A stretch of 64,000 bases of DNA from a virus. Taxonomy: Duplodnaviria > Caudoviricetes. A program made the translations under genes and the position numbers. Positions 1 through 9,046 of the stretch are shown here, in pieces. The notes beneath the pieces are model-generated. The model was not told the origin of the DNA, searched no databases, and saw nothing but the letters and a program-made list of their open reading frames with translations. The first letter of the stretch is position 1. Every line of letters begins with the position of its first letter. The stretch lies in IMG/VR virus record IMGVR_UViG_3300007214_000006. One strand, given 5' to 3'.

Positions 1-974
1 ATAAAATTATTATCATATTTTTCAAAACTATCCATAACCATTTGTAATTGTTCTGGAGAATTAAAAGTGTTTATATATAATAATATATCATTATTTTCAT
101 ACTGTTTTCTTATATTATTATTAATATTTATTATATTATTTATTGGTATATTTTTTATATCTTCAAAAAATTTATATATTAATCCGTTATCTTCTATCAT
201 ATGTATTTTATATAAATCTTCATCAAGATATGTCATTATTGTAAAAATACTTTCCTCTGTGCCCATGAATCCTGCGCTTAATGAATCATTTAACAAAGAA
301 TAATATTGAGCATTAGCTTCCGAAAGATAATCTATATGACCACCGAATAATCCTCCCCTAGCAACTCTTGTAACTTTTGATTTTGCATATTTTTCCATTG
401 CTGATATACTAAAACCATGTATTTCTGTATTTGTGCTGTATGGAAAACAGATAAATAATAATTTATCAACAATTTTTTCTAATTTATGGATAATCTTATC
501 GTGACTAAAATATCCTTCATGTATTGTATTTGTTATTCCACCATCCAACCAAAACATATACTCTGTATTAAATGGATTATATATCTTTGCGTTATGCAGC
601 ATAAACATTTTGCTCATAACCATAGGATTATACATTGGCATCTTTGCTTGAGTGCTATCTTTTAACCATCCAACTTGGTTAATCCATTCCTCTTTTGTTC
701 TAATTGTTTGCACCTTATCAAAGAATGGAAAAAAATTTCCACCAAAATCTTCTGTCTTTTGATGATATACCACAGTATTAGATCTATTTCTTACAGACCA
801 TACTATATCCTCATGTTTTTGGTCTATAAAAACAATTACAGGCACATCTTCGCCTAGGCTGGATAACAGTTTCTTGAAATTATTTACATAATGGTCAAAA
901 TTTCTTGACCAACCATCTGATAGCTCGGACCTACCAAGATCCCATATCCCAGTAACTATAGTGGTATTTATCAT
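1..974 (-). CDS. HtrL/YibB (WlaTC-like) glycosyltransferase-family protein, 3'-partial (runs off the window edge)
   Basis: Manually translated from the ATG at 974: MINTTIVTGIWDLGRSELSDGWSRNFDHY...YMFWLDGGI...VARGGLFGG...GFMGTEESIF. The frame is open to base 1 and is absent from the ORF track because it has no stop in the window. Confidence 0.8.
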   Translation of the reverse strand, partial: MINTTIVTGIWDLGRSELSDGWSRNFDHYVNNFKKLLSSLGEDVPVIVFIDQKHEDIVWSVRNRSNTVVYHQKTEDFGGNFFPFFDKVQTIRTKEEWINQVGWLKDSTQAKMPMYNPMVMSKMFMLHNAKIYNPFNTEYMFWLDGGITNTIHEGYFSHDKIIHKLEKIVDKLLFICFPYSTNTEIHGFSISAMEKYAKSKVTRVARGGLFGGHIDYLSEANAQYYSLLNDSLSAGFMGTEESIFTIMTYLDEDLYKIHMIEDNGLIYKFFEDIKNIPINNIININNNIRKQYENNDILLYINTFNSPEQLQMVMDSFEKYDNNF

Positions 975-1015
975 TAGAATGTCTTACATAAGAATATATC
1001 CAACCGACTGCATAA

Positions 1016-1044
1016 TATATAATCAGATTTTATGGTTTTGTCAA
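1016..1044 (-). promoter_or_regulatory. sigma70-like promoter for the leftward gene
   Basis: Minus strand TTGACA-N17-TATATA upstream of the ATG at 974. Confidence 0.5.
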
Positions 1045-1066
1045 CACAAAAAATTTTATTTCGGTG

Positions 1067-1094
1067 TTGACTTTTTGTGGAATGATGATATTAT
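1067..1094 (+). promoter_or_regulatory. sigma70-like promoter
   Basis: TTGACT-N16-TATTAT with an extended -10 TG, in the divergent intergenic gap. Confidence 0.55.
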
Positions 1095-1096
1095 GA

Positions 1097-1318
1097 ATGG
1101 TGAACTTTGGGCATGGAAAAATGAAAAATCCAGAAGATAATACAGACAGAAAAAATCTAAGAAGAGAGAAAATAAAGAAGAAAAATCTAATAAAAGATTC
1201 TTCTTTTGAGGATGAGAAACAGGAAAAAAAGCATCTTCAAAAAAAAGAACTAAAAAAAATAAAAGAAAGTTTTGACGACGAAGAATGGGAAGATTGGGAT
1301 AGATATTATAATCACTAA
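1097..1318 (+). CDS. small highly charged hypothetical protein (start may be the ATG at 1127)
   Basis: ORF in operon orientation; K/E-rich, ends EWEDWDRYYNH. Confidence 0.6.
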   Translation: MVNFGHGKMKNPEDNTDRKNLRREKIKKKNLIKDSSFEDEKQEKKHLQKKELKKIKESFDDEEWEDWDRYYNH

Positions 1319-1323
1319 ATAAT

Positions 1324-1569
1324 ATGAAATATTTAGAGGAATTGTCGTTTGGTGATTGTTTTATATATAATGATAATAAATATATATTAACAACTGATTT
1401 CAAGAATAATTTTCAAAAATTATGCGTTTCATTAAAAGATGGTCATATGAAATGGATAAAATCAGATCAAATTGTAGATATCATAGATATTTTTATTTTT
1501 GATAAAGAATCAAATGTGATAGCAATAAAAGAAAGAAAGAAACAAGATGATTTTTTTGATAAAAATTAA
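1324..1569 (+). CDS. hypothetical protein
   Basis: Tightly packed ORF; N-terminal EELSFGDCFIY motif resembles 61515..61694. Confidence 0.65.
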   Translation: MKYLEELSFGDCFIYNDNKYILTTDFKNNFQKLCVSLKDGHMKWIKSDQIVDIIDIFIFDKESNVIAIKERKKQDDFFDKN

Positions 1570-1798
1570 AACTTTTTTAAAGTCTTTATTTTTCCATATA
1601 TATGCCGGATCACCAAAATCCACAAAAGATCAGATTATGTATAGATATCAGATCTGTTTATCTTGTCCAGAATATAATTCTAATAAATCTGAGTGTGGGG
1701 TTTGTGGTTGTGCTATTAGTACAAAAAGTATATTTTTAAATAAGTTAGCGTGGGCCGATCAAGAGTGTCCTTTAGGCAAATGGAACAAAATATTATGA
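1547..1798 (+). CDS. Cys-rich putative zinc-binding phage protein (DUF6171-like)
   Basis: R..IC..C...C..CGC...K...CPLGKW pattern. Confidence 0.65.
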   Translation: MIFLIKIKTFLKSLFFHIYAGSPKSTKDQIMYRYQICLSCPEYNSNKSECGVCGCAISTKSIFLNKLAWADQECPLGKWNKIL

Positions 1799-2367
1799 CA
1801 ATTATAAATTCTAAAAACTTAAATAAATTAATGACTACTAATATTGATATATTTGAAATGTCGAAAAATAGAGTTTTGGCAGAAAAAAATGGAGCAACAG
1901 TTTTTATTCCCCATGTTTGTAACAACATCGATTTATTCGGAGCAGGATTTGCCGCAGATCTTGCAGAAAAATTCCCATCTGTAAAAGCAGATTATCATAT
2001 GTTAGGTAAAAATTTCTTAAAAAATAATTTTGGATATTGTCAAATAATAAAAGTCCTAGAAGAACCAAAACATAAACAAAAATTATATATAGCAAATATG
2101 ATTGCTCAAAATGGAATAAAATCCAGAAACAATCCTCGCCCACTGAACTATTTTGCGCTTGCAAAATCTATGGGTGCCATGTCATCTTTTATATTATCAA
2201 ATACTGGCTTTTTAAATAAATCTGAAAATATTGAGATACATTGTCCAAAATTTGGCAGCGGATTGGCTGGCGGCAACTGGAATTTTATAAATGATTTAAT
2301 TTATGATATTTGGGGGAAATATAATGTAACTGTTCATACTTTTAATAAACCAAATCATGAAAGATAA
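1795..2367 (+). CDS. macrodomain protein (Poa1/DarG-like ADP-ribose processing)
   Basis: IPHVCNN..FGAGFA, IANMIAQ and IHCPKFGSGLAGGNW motifs; the ATG at 1795 overlaps the upstream TGA. Confidence 0.8.
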   Translation: MTIINSKNLNKLMTTNIDIFEMSKNRVLAEKNGATVFIPHVCNNIDLFGAGFAADLAEKFPSVKADYHMLGKNFLKNNFGYCQIIKVLEEPKHKQKLYIANMIAQNGIKSRNNPRPLNYFALAKSMGAMSSFILSNTGFLNKSENIEIHCPKFGSGLAGGNWNFINDLIYDIWGKYNVTVHTFNKPNHER

Positions 2368-2650
2368 AATTTTTCTATCTTGGCTATTAAATAGGCTAAA
2401 ATTTAAATATAACGAAAAAGATATACAAATATTAGACAGAGTAGACTCAATTATTAACAATAGGCTAATTATAGATTATTCAATAGATCAAAATATAATA
2501 GAAAAAATATGTAAAAAGTATCACCAAGATTGGGATTTTGAAAAATGTGAATTGGGTTTCGGGCATTCCGATGACTCCAGGCAAGAAATAAAAAATTATA
2601 CAACAAATATTATTAAGGATTATATTAATGAAATATGTATTGCTAGATGA
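2357..2650 (+). CDS. hypothetical protein
   Basis: ORF overlaps both neighbours in operon fashion. Confidence 0.6.
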   Translation: MKDKIFLSWLLNRLKFKYNEKDIQILDRVDSIINNRLIIDYSIDQNIIEKICKKYHQDWDFEKCELGFGHSDDSRQEIKNYTTNIIKDYINEICIAR

Positions 2651-3509
2651 TGATGCCATAGAAATAGGTGGCACGAATCTAACTATACTATCAATGTTTG
2701 AAGACAGGCTAAATGAAACTACTAAAATAGCTTGTAAAAATCTCTCCAAACTAGATATTATAAAATATGCTGACCAAATATGGATTATTGGTAATATCAT
2801 GGGTTTGGCACAAAAAACAGATGATACTGTTAAATTCTTATTTGACACTGTGAAAAAATTTGTAAAAATAGAATTTGATTATAATTTTTGTCCATATCGA
2901 GGAGAAATACCTCATCAGAAACTTGGTAAATCTGAATGTTCTTGCCCTTATGGTACAACTGGATTAATACAGTTATCTTTTATTTACGATAAAATCATAG
3001 AAAATAGCAAGCATATTTTTTTTATGTCCGAAAGACAAAGATCAATATACGCTAATCATATGCCATTGCTAGATTTTTCTAAAACTACTATTTTATCTTC
3101 ATGTTTTTCTAAACAATCGTTAAATTTATTTGATTCTTTAAAAGATAGCCCTAAAAATAATAAATATGCTATATTACAAGGTTTCGGGGGATGGCATAGC
3201 GAAGCAAAAGGATGTGATGTTGCCAAAAATTTTTGCACAATTAATAAACTAGATTACGATATTCTTCCTATACAAAAATATGAAGATCATATAAAAACTT
3301 TATCTAAATATAAAGGAATAATATTTTTACCAATAGTAGACGATACATGTCCTAGAGCTATAATCGAAGCAAGATTATTAGGTCTGGATATTATTACAAA
3401 TATTAATAGTCAACATACTACAGAGTGGTGGTGGAAAGATCCAGAAAAAACACTAGAATATATATCATCTAGACCAAAAGTATTCTGGGAAAATATAGAT
3501 AATATATAA
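2628..3509 (+). CDS. glycosyltransferase, GT-B (GT4-like)
   Basis: N-terminal IGGTNLT; C-terminal GIIFLP..DDTCPRAIIEARLLG..IITN donor-binding motif. Confidence 0.7.
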   Translation: MKYVLLDDDAIEIGGTNLTILSMFEDRLNETTKIACKNLSKLDIIKYADQIWIIGNIMGLAQKTDDTVKFLFDTVKKFVKIEFDYNFCPYRGEIPHQKLGKSECSCPYGTTGLIQLSFIYDKIIENSKHIFFMSERQRSIYANHMPLLDFSKTTILSSCFSKQSLNLFDSLKDSPKNNKYAILQGFGGWHSEAKGCDVAKNFCTINKLDYDILPIQKYEDHIKTLSKYKGIIFLPIVDDTCPRAIIEARLLGLDIITNINSQHTTEWWWKDPEKTLEYISSRPKVFWENIDNI

Positions 3510-3511
3510 TT

Positions 3512-4231
3512 ATGATTAATATCGTTACATGCGTGTGGAATTCCGAAAAATATATTAATTTATGTATAGATTCTGTATTAAGCCAAAAAAATCAAAACTA
3601 CAGAATGTTTATTATAGATGATGTTTCGGACGATAATACGTGCTCAATCATCGAAGATAAAACTAAAAATTATCCTAATATAAAATTTATAAAAAACGAA
3701 ACAAAAAAATATAAACTTAAAAATTTTGATGAAATTTTATCCAATAATAATCTAATTAAAGACGAAGATATAATTCTAGAATTAGATGGAGATGATTGGC
3801 TAGCTCATAATAATGTTATAGATATTATATATGATACGTATAAAACAAATAATATCTTAATAAGTAATAGTAAATTTGTTTATTCTAATGGAAAAATCGG
3901 ATTTTCTGATAAATGCAATATAAGTTTGATAAGAAAATCTCCATTTATATTTTCTCATCTAAGAACGTGGAAAACTAAATTGTGGAGAAATATCAATAAA
4001 AAATATTTCATAGATCCAAGATCAAATGATTACTTTAAAATTACAGCAGATATGGCCTATTCTTTGCCTATGCTGGAACTCGCCACACAAGACAAATATG
4101 TACATATACCAGAAATACTGCTAGTATATAATGATCAAAATCCACATAATGATCACAAACCAGGTTCAGCCGCAGGAGGTCAATTGGAACAAGGCATTGT
4201 TGAAAAAATAATCAGAAATACTTTATTATGA
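3512..4231 (+). CDS. glycosyltransferase family 2
   Basis: IVTCVWNSEKYI..CIDSVLSQ, IIDDVSDD and LDGDDW (DxD) motifs. Confidence 0.9.
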   Translation: MINIVTCVWNSEKYINLCIDSVLSQKNQNYRMFIIDDVSDDNTCSIIEDKTKNYPNIKFIKNETKKYKLKNFDEILSNNNLIKDEDIILELDGDDWLAHNNVIDIIYDTYKTNNILISNSKFVYSNGKIGFSDKCNISLIRKSPFIFSHLRTWKTKLWRNINKKYFIDPRSNDYFKITADMAYSLPMLELATQDKYVHIPEILLVYNDQNPHNDHKPGSAAGGQLEQGIVEKIIRNTLL

Positions 4232-5130
4232 AAAATATAATACTCATTAACACCCCAACGCTGCCATGCCCAGGTAGTCATTATTTTACTTCTTCAAAAT
4301 TTTGTCATGGATTTTTACATAATGGATTTAATTTTTTAGAAATAAATGATATAAATAATTCATTATCTAAATATAATAATCAAGATAATATTTTTTTGAT
4401 ATCTAATCATTTTGTATCGCAAGGAAATAAAGAGGATGCTTACAGACTAGGAAAATTATTACCAAATGCATATTTTATTTGTTGGCATTTTAATTTTGAA
4501 AAAGAACTAATTGATAATATGCCGTTTAAAAAATTTATTATAACAGGAGAGCATTATTTATATCCTCCCAAATCTTCGGATAGACATATCGAAGCTTATA
4601 ATTTTAGCAAATCTTGCAATGAATGGGAGCCATTTATTTTTTCTAGTAATATAGATCCTAACCGAGTTGGAAATTTTACAAGAAATATAATATATGATTC
4701 ATTTTTTATAGGATATCCTTATAAAACAGAGTGGACATCTCTATTACAAAATAATTATGTTCATAACAGTAATGGATTATTTCTTCCAGAAAATGATAGA
4801 ATTCGCATTTATTTATCCAGTAGGGTTTGTTTGGGGTTTCATAGCGATGCAAATATAGCTAATTCTTGTGTTGTAGAAAGAGTATTTGAAGGAATGGCAT
4901 ACGGTTGCGCTGTTATTAGCGATAATAAAGCCGCAACAGATTACACAGATAATACTGTTAAATATGTACAGTCATATGATGAAGTAATATCCTATATAAA
5001 TTTTTATAAAAATAATAATAATGAATATATAAAATTACAAGAACAAGGTTACAAATTTATTAAAGAAAAAGGAACTTACTATCATTTATCTCAAAACTTT
5101 ATTAAAAAAATAAAACACTTATATGAATAA
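4228..5130 (+). CDS. glycosyltransferase (YkvP/CgeB-like GT-B C-terminus)
   Basis: YLSSRVCLGFHS..ERVFEGMAYGCAVISD...GY.F...KGTY. Confidence 0.7.
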   Translation: MKNIILINTPTLPCPGSHYFTSSKFCHGFLHNGFNFLEINDINNSLSKYNNQDNIFLISNHFVSQGNKEDAYRLGKLLPNAYFICWHFNFEKELIDNMPFKKFIITGEHYLYPPKSSDRHIEAYNFSKSCNEWEPFIFSSNIDPNRVGNFTRNIIYDSFFIGYPYKTEWTSLLQNNYVHNSNGLFLPENDRIRIYLSSRVCLGFHSDANIANSCVVERVFEGMAYGCAVISDNKAATDYTDNTVKYVQSYDEVISYINFYKNNNNEYIKLQEQGYKFIKEKGTYYHLSQNFIKKIKHLYE

Positions 5131-6058
5131 AAAAATATTAATTACTGGCGGCTGTGGTTTTGTCGGTAGGCACTTTGCTAGTTATTTTTCTAAAACAAAT
5201 GATGTTACTATCGTCGATAATATGTCATCAGAAAGCTCTCTATATCCAGAACAATGGATGGATAGATTGCAATGTTCAATAAAATTTATTGAGTCTGATA
5301 TTATAGAATATCTAAAAACAAATATAGAGCATTTTGATATAGTAATCCATTTAGCAGCAGTAGTGGGAGGCAGACAAAAGATAGAAAATAATCCAATGGA
5401 TATTGCTCAGGATTTAAATATAGATTCGTATGTTATAAATTGGTGTGCAAAAAATAATTCTAGGCTAATTTTTTTCTCATCTAGCGCCGTGTATCCTGTA
5501 TCACACCAAACATATAATACTCATCAAAAACTTCACGAAGATTTGATGAATTTCGATGATAATTTTGGTGTTCCAGATTTGACATATGGCTGGGCAAAAA
5601 TGACTGGAGAATATTTATGTAAAATAGCACATCAAAAACTTGGACTAAAATGTATTGTATATAGGCCATTTTCTGGATACGGAGAGGATCAAAATGAAGT
5701 TTATCCATTTCCAGCGATTATAAAAAGAGTAATTCATCAAGAAAATCCTTTGTCTATTTGGAGTAACAGTATTAGGGATTTTGTGCATATAGACGATATT
5801 GTTAAATATGTCGATAAAACTATGTTTGATTTTTCTGATGGTAGTCCATTAAATATCGGAACTTCAATAGCAACATCTTTTATGGAATTAGCAAACCAAG
5901 CAGCTATTTTATATGGTTATAATCCAAAAGTTATTGTCCTAAATGATAAGCCACAAGGAGTTTATTATAGAGTATCAAAATCGTCAATCGACTATTCCAT
6001 AAACTTGACCAATGGAATTGAAAAAAGCATAAACCATTTATTAAAAAGAACAATATAA
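5123..6058 (+). CDS. NAD-dependent nucleotide-sugar epimerase/dehydratase (extended SDR)
   Basis: ITGGCGFVG, HLAA, FSSSAVY, YGWAK (YxxxK) and RDFVHIDD motifs. Confidence 0.92.
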   Translation: MNKKILITGGCGFVGRHFASYFSKTNDVTIVDNMSSESSLYPEQWMDRLQCSIKFIESDIIEYLKTNIEHFDIVIHLAAVVGGRQKIENNPMDIAQDLNIDSYVINWCAKNNSRLIFFSSSAVYPVSHQTYNTHQKLHEDLMNFDDNFGVPDLTYGWAKMTGEYLCKIAHQKLGLKCIVYRPFSGYGEDQNEVYPFPAIIKRVIHQENPLSIWSNSIRDFVHIDDIVKYVDKTMFDFSDGSPLNIGTSIATSFMELANQAAILYGYNPKVIVLNDKPQGVYYRVSKSSIDYSINLTNGIEKSINHLLKRTI

Positions 6059-6684
6059 TGTTAATTACCTTTAATTCAATAGTACAAAAATATGGAAAAC
6101 CCAAGGGCGTTATACATATCGGCGCCCATCTCATGGAAGAAAGAGATGATTATATTAATGAAGGCATAAACAATATTATTTGGATAGAAGCAAATCCGAG
6201 TGTATTTTCTGTCATAAATAAAAAGCAGATATCCAAAAATGAAAAAGTATTCAATTATACCATATCTGATACAGATAATCAAATAATAAATTTTTATATT
6301 ACAAATAATGGCCAATCATCTTCTATTCTAGAATTAGATAAACATAAAATCTATCATCCATCGATTTTTATCACGGAAACTATACAAACGCAAACTAAAA
6401 GAATGGATACAATAGTATTAGAAAAAAATATCGACATAGGATTATATGACTTTCTAAATATAGATATTCAGGGTGCCGAGCTACTAGCCTTAAAAGGATT
6501 TGGTGATTTAATTAATAATATAAAATATATATATACTGAAATTAATACAAATACACTATATGAAAATTGTGCATTAATTAATGATATTGATGAATACCTG
6601 AATAGCTATGGATTTAAAAGAGTTGAAACAGAACTGACTGATTTTGAATGGGGGGATGCTTTATATATTAAAGGAACTCAATAA
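6058..6684 (+). CDS. FkbM-family methyltransferase
   Basis: IHIGAH, WIEANP, LNIDIQGAELLALKG, WGDALY. Confidence 0.9.
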   Translation: MLITFNSIVQKYGKPKGVIHIGAHLMEERDDYINEGINNIIWIEANPSVFSVINKKQISKNEKVFNYTISDTDNQIINFYITNNGQSSSILELDKHKIYHPSIFITETIQTQTKRMDTIVLEKNIDIGLYDFLNIDIQGAELLALKGFGDLINNIKYIYTEINTNTLYENCALINDIDEYLNSYGFKRVETELTDFEWGDALYIKGTQ

Positions 6685-6686
6685 CT

Positions 6687-7430
6687 ATGTTTAATCAATG
6701 TGATTCAAATATGATAACACTTGCAATACCTAATTATAATAGATCTGAACTAGTTATAGAAAGCTTTGCTCATGTTATAAATGACAATAGAATAAATGAA
6801 ATAATTATATTAGATGATTTTTCTGATATAATAATATATAATGACTTAAAAAGTAAAATACAAAATATTAATAATCCAAAAATTAAACTTTATAGGAATG
6901 ATAGCAATCTTGGAGCTTTTTTGAATAAAAAAAAATCTGTTACACTATCAAAGAATGATTGGATAATATTATTAGATTCTGATAATATAATTGATATAAA
7001 TTATATTGATGCTATTATAGATAAAAAAGACACCAAAACTATCTATTGTCCGTCACATGCTATTTGTGACTCATCAACACTAAATTATAAACCATATGTG
7101 AGTATATTATCTAAAAAAGATTATAAAAATATCATTTGTAATGGAAGAAGTATTTGGGATTGTATTTTTAATACTGGCAATTATTTTTTTTATAAAAACA
7201 CATATTTGGAATGTATAGATAAAGAACAAAAAATAAAAAATCCATTTGCTGCGGATGCTTATTATATGATTTATTTACTATTTAAGAATATAGAAGATTC
7301 AAAATTCGAAGTTGTTGATGGTCTATCATACTGTCATAGACTTCATTCTTCAAGTTATTTTTTAAATAATAGTCACAATAGTGAAAAATTTATAGCTGAA
7401 ATAAATGAAGATATTAAAAAATGGTTATAA
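6687..7430 (+). CDS. glycosyltransferase family 2
   Basis: LAIPNYNR, ILDDFS, IILLDSDN. Confidence 0.85.
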   Translation: MFNQCDSNMITLAIPNYNRSELVIESFAHVINDNRINEIIILDDFSDIIIYNDLKSKIQNINNPKIKLYRNDSNLGAFLNKKKSVTLSKNDWIILLDSDNIIDINYIDAIIDKKDTKTIYCPSHAICDSSTLNYKPYVSILSKKDYKNIICNGRSIWDCIFNTGNYFFYKNTYLECIDKEQKIKNPFAADAYYMIYLLFKNIEDSKFEVVDGLSYCHRLHSSSYFLNNSHNSEKFIAEINEDIKKWL

Positions 7431-7433
7431 GTT

Positions 7434-8270
7434 ATGTTAAAAATTAATGAAAGTTTTAGACCAAGAAACATATTAGAATATCCACCAAATAACAAACAAA
7501 CATTTGAAGAATATTTTTATGATCAATATATTATAGACAATACAATAACAGATAGAATCTATATTCCAATATTTTGGACCAACTATTATATATCAAAAAA
7601 TTATGGACAAGCAGAGTTATCTGAACTACAAGAAGTTTTAGATAATTTAGACAGAAATAAAAAATATTTTACTATTATTCAATATGATGATAATATCTTA
7701 AATAATTTAAAAGATCTTGATATAATAATTTTTGCACAAGGTGGATATGGCAATTTTAAAGATAAAAGTTATGCTATATCATTAAATTGTCAAGGAAATT
7801 ATCATACTAATACAATAGATAAAAATATATTTGCTTCTTTTGTCGGTAGACAAACCCATCCTATAAGAAGTATGATTTTCAATCAATTTAAAGATAAAGA
7901 GAATTATTTTATTTCTAATCCTATAGACTATAGCTCATATAGAGATATTATGAATAGAAGCTTGTTTTCTCTTTGCCCTAGAGGATATGGTCTAACATCA
8001 TTTAGAATATGCGAATCTTTACAGTTTGGGTCTATACCTGTATATATTTATGATGATGAATTTATTCCTTTTAAAAATGAATTCGAATTTAATAAGATTG
8101 GAATTTTAATAAAACAAAATGATATTCAATATATAGATGAAATATTAATATCTAATAAAAATAATATTAAAACATTTAATGAAAATAGAAAAAATATATA
8201 TAATAAATATTTTAATTACAGTGGTACAAAAAATTCTATTTTGGAAATCTTAAAAAAAAGTAACATATAA
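7434..8270 (+). CDS. exostosin-like (GT47) glycosyltransferase
   Basis: ASFVG..THPIR, SLFSLCPRGYG.TSFRICESLQFGSIPVYI.D...PF. Confidence 0.8.
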   Translation: MLKINESFRPRNILEYPPNNKQTFEEYFYDQYIIDNTITDRIYIPIFWTNYYISKNYGQAELSELQEVLDNLDRNKKYFTIIQYDDNILNNLKDLDIIIFAQGGYGNFKDKSYAISLNCQGNYHTNTIDKNIFASFVGRQTHPIRSMIFNQFKDKENYFISNPIDYSSYRDIMNRSLFSLCPRGYGLTSFRICESLQFGSIPVYIYDDEFIPFKNEFEFNKIGILIKQNDIQYIDEILISNKNNIKTFNENRKNIYNKYFNYSGTKNSILEILKKSNI

Positions 8271-8334
8271 AATGGTAGTGGTTCAAATATAAATGGAACC
8301 TCATACACAACTAATAATAGTATTGCCATAAAAA

Positions 8335-9045
8335 ATGAAATATATTAAATTTACTGAATCAGAGATTAAACTTTTCTATTCAACTATTATTAAAAAAGAT
8401 GAAACATATCTTACAAGATATGATATTTTATCAAATGAAGATAAAGAATTTTTAGATAATATCTTATCTCGTCCAAGTTACAGATGGGATGTTAGAGATT
8501 ATAGTAGAGTTAGAACAATATTAGATTTTAAAAATTGGATCAATAAATACCAAATAAATATTGATAAATTAGCATATACATATGAGGATGATCCCGAAAT
8601 TAAATTATTAAATTATAATAGCAAATTTCTAATAAATTATGACGGAGTAAATGGAGATTTACATGAAATAGATTATGATAATGAGTTTGATTTTTTCTTA
8701 TTCAATCAGACAATAGAGCATTTGTATAATCCCTTTGTGTGTGTTCAAAATATTTACAAATCACTAAAATTAGGTGGTTATGTTTTTACAAGTGTTCCTA
8801 CTATAAATATACCGCACTCTACCCCAATACATTTCAATGGATTTAATACTATGGGTTTATCAATGCTATTCAAAACGTGCGGATTTGAAATTTTAGAAGT
8901 CGGCCAATGGGGCAATTATGAATATATAAATAAACTTTTTAGTACACATATGTGGCCAGGATATTCAAATCTATCTGAAAATGGTATCAAAAACGAAGAA
9001 AAAAATATAGTTAGTTGTTGGATTTTAGCAAAAAAAGTAACTTAA
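8335..9045 (+). CDS. class I SAM-dependent methyltransferase
   Basis: FDFFLFNQTIEHLYNPF...LK.GG..FTSVP...H..P.HF. Confidence 0.8.
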   Translation: MKYIKFTESEIKLFYSTIIKKDETYLTRYDILSNEDKEFLDNILSRPSYRWDVRDYSRVRTILDFKNWINKYQINIDKLAYTYEDDPEIKLLNYNSKFLINYDGVNGDLHEIDYDNEFDFFLFNQTIEHLYNPFVCVQNIYKSLKLGGYVFTSVPTINIPHSTPIHFNGFNTMGLSMLFKTCGFEILEVGQWGNYEYINKLFSTHMWPGYSNLSENGIKNEEKNIVSCWILAKKVT

Positions 9046-9046
9046 A

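Noticed and set aside
67-1403. Track ORFs 67..303 (+), 675..857 (+) and 1056..1403 (-)
   Set aside because: They are antisense to better-supported genes: the leftward HtrL-like gene and 1097..1318.
8271-8334. Small ORF or RNA in the gap after the exostosin gene
   Set aside because: Only 6- and 12-codon ORFs without RBS, and no convincing hairpin.
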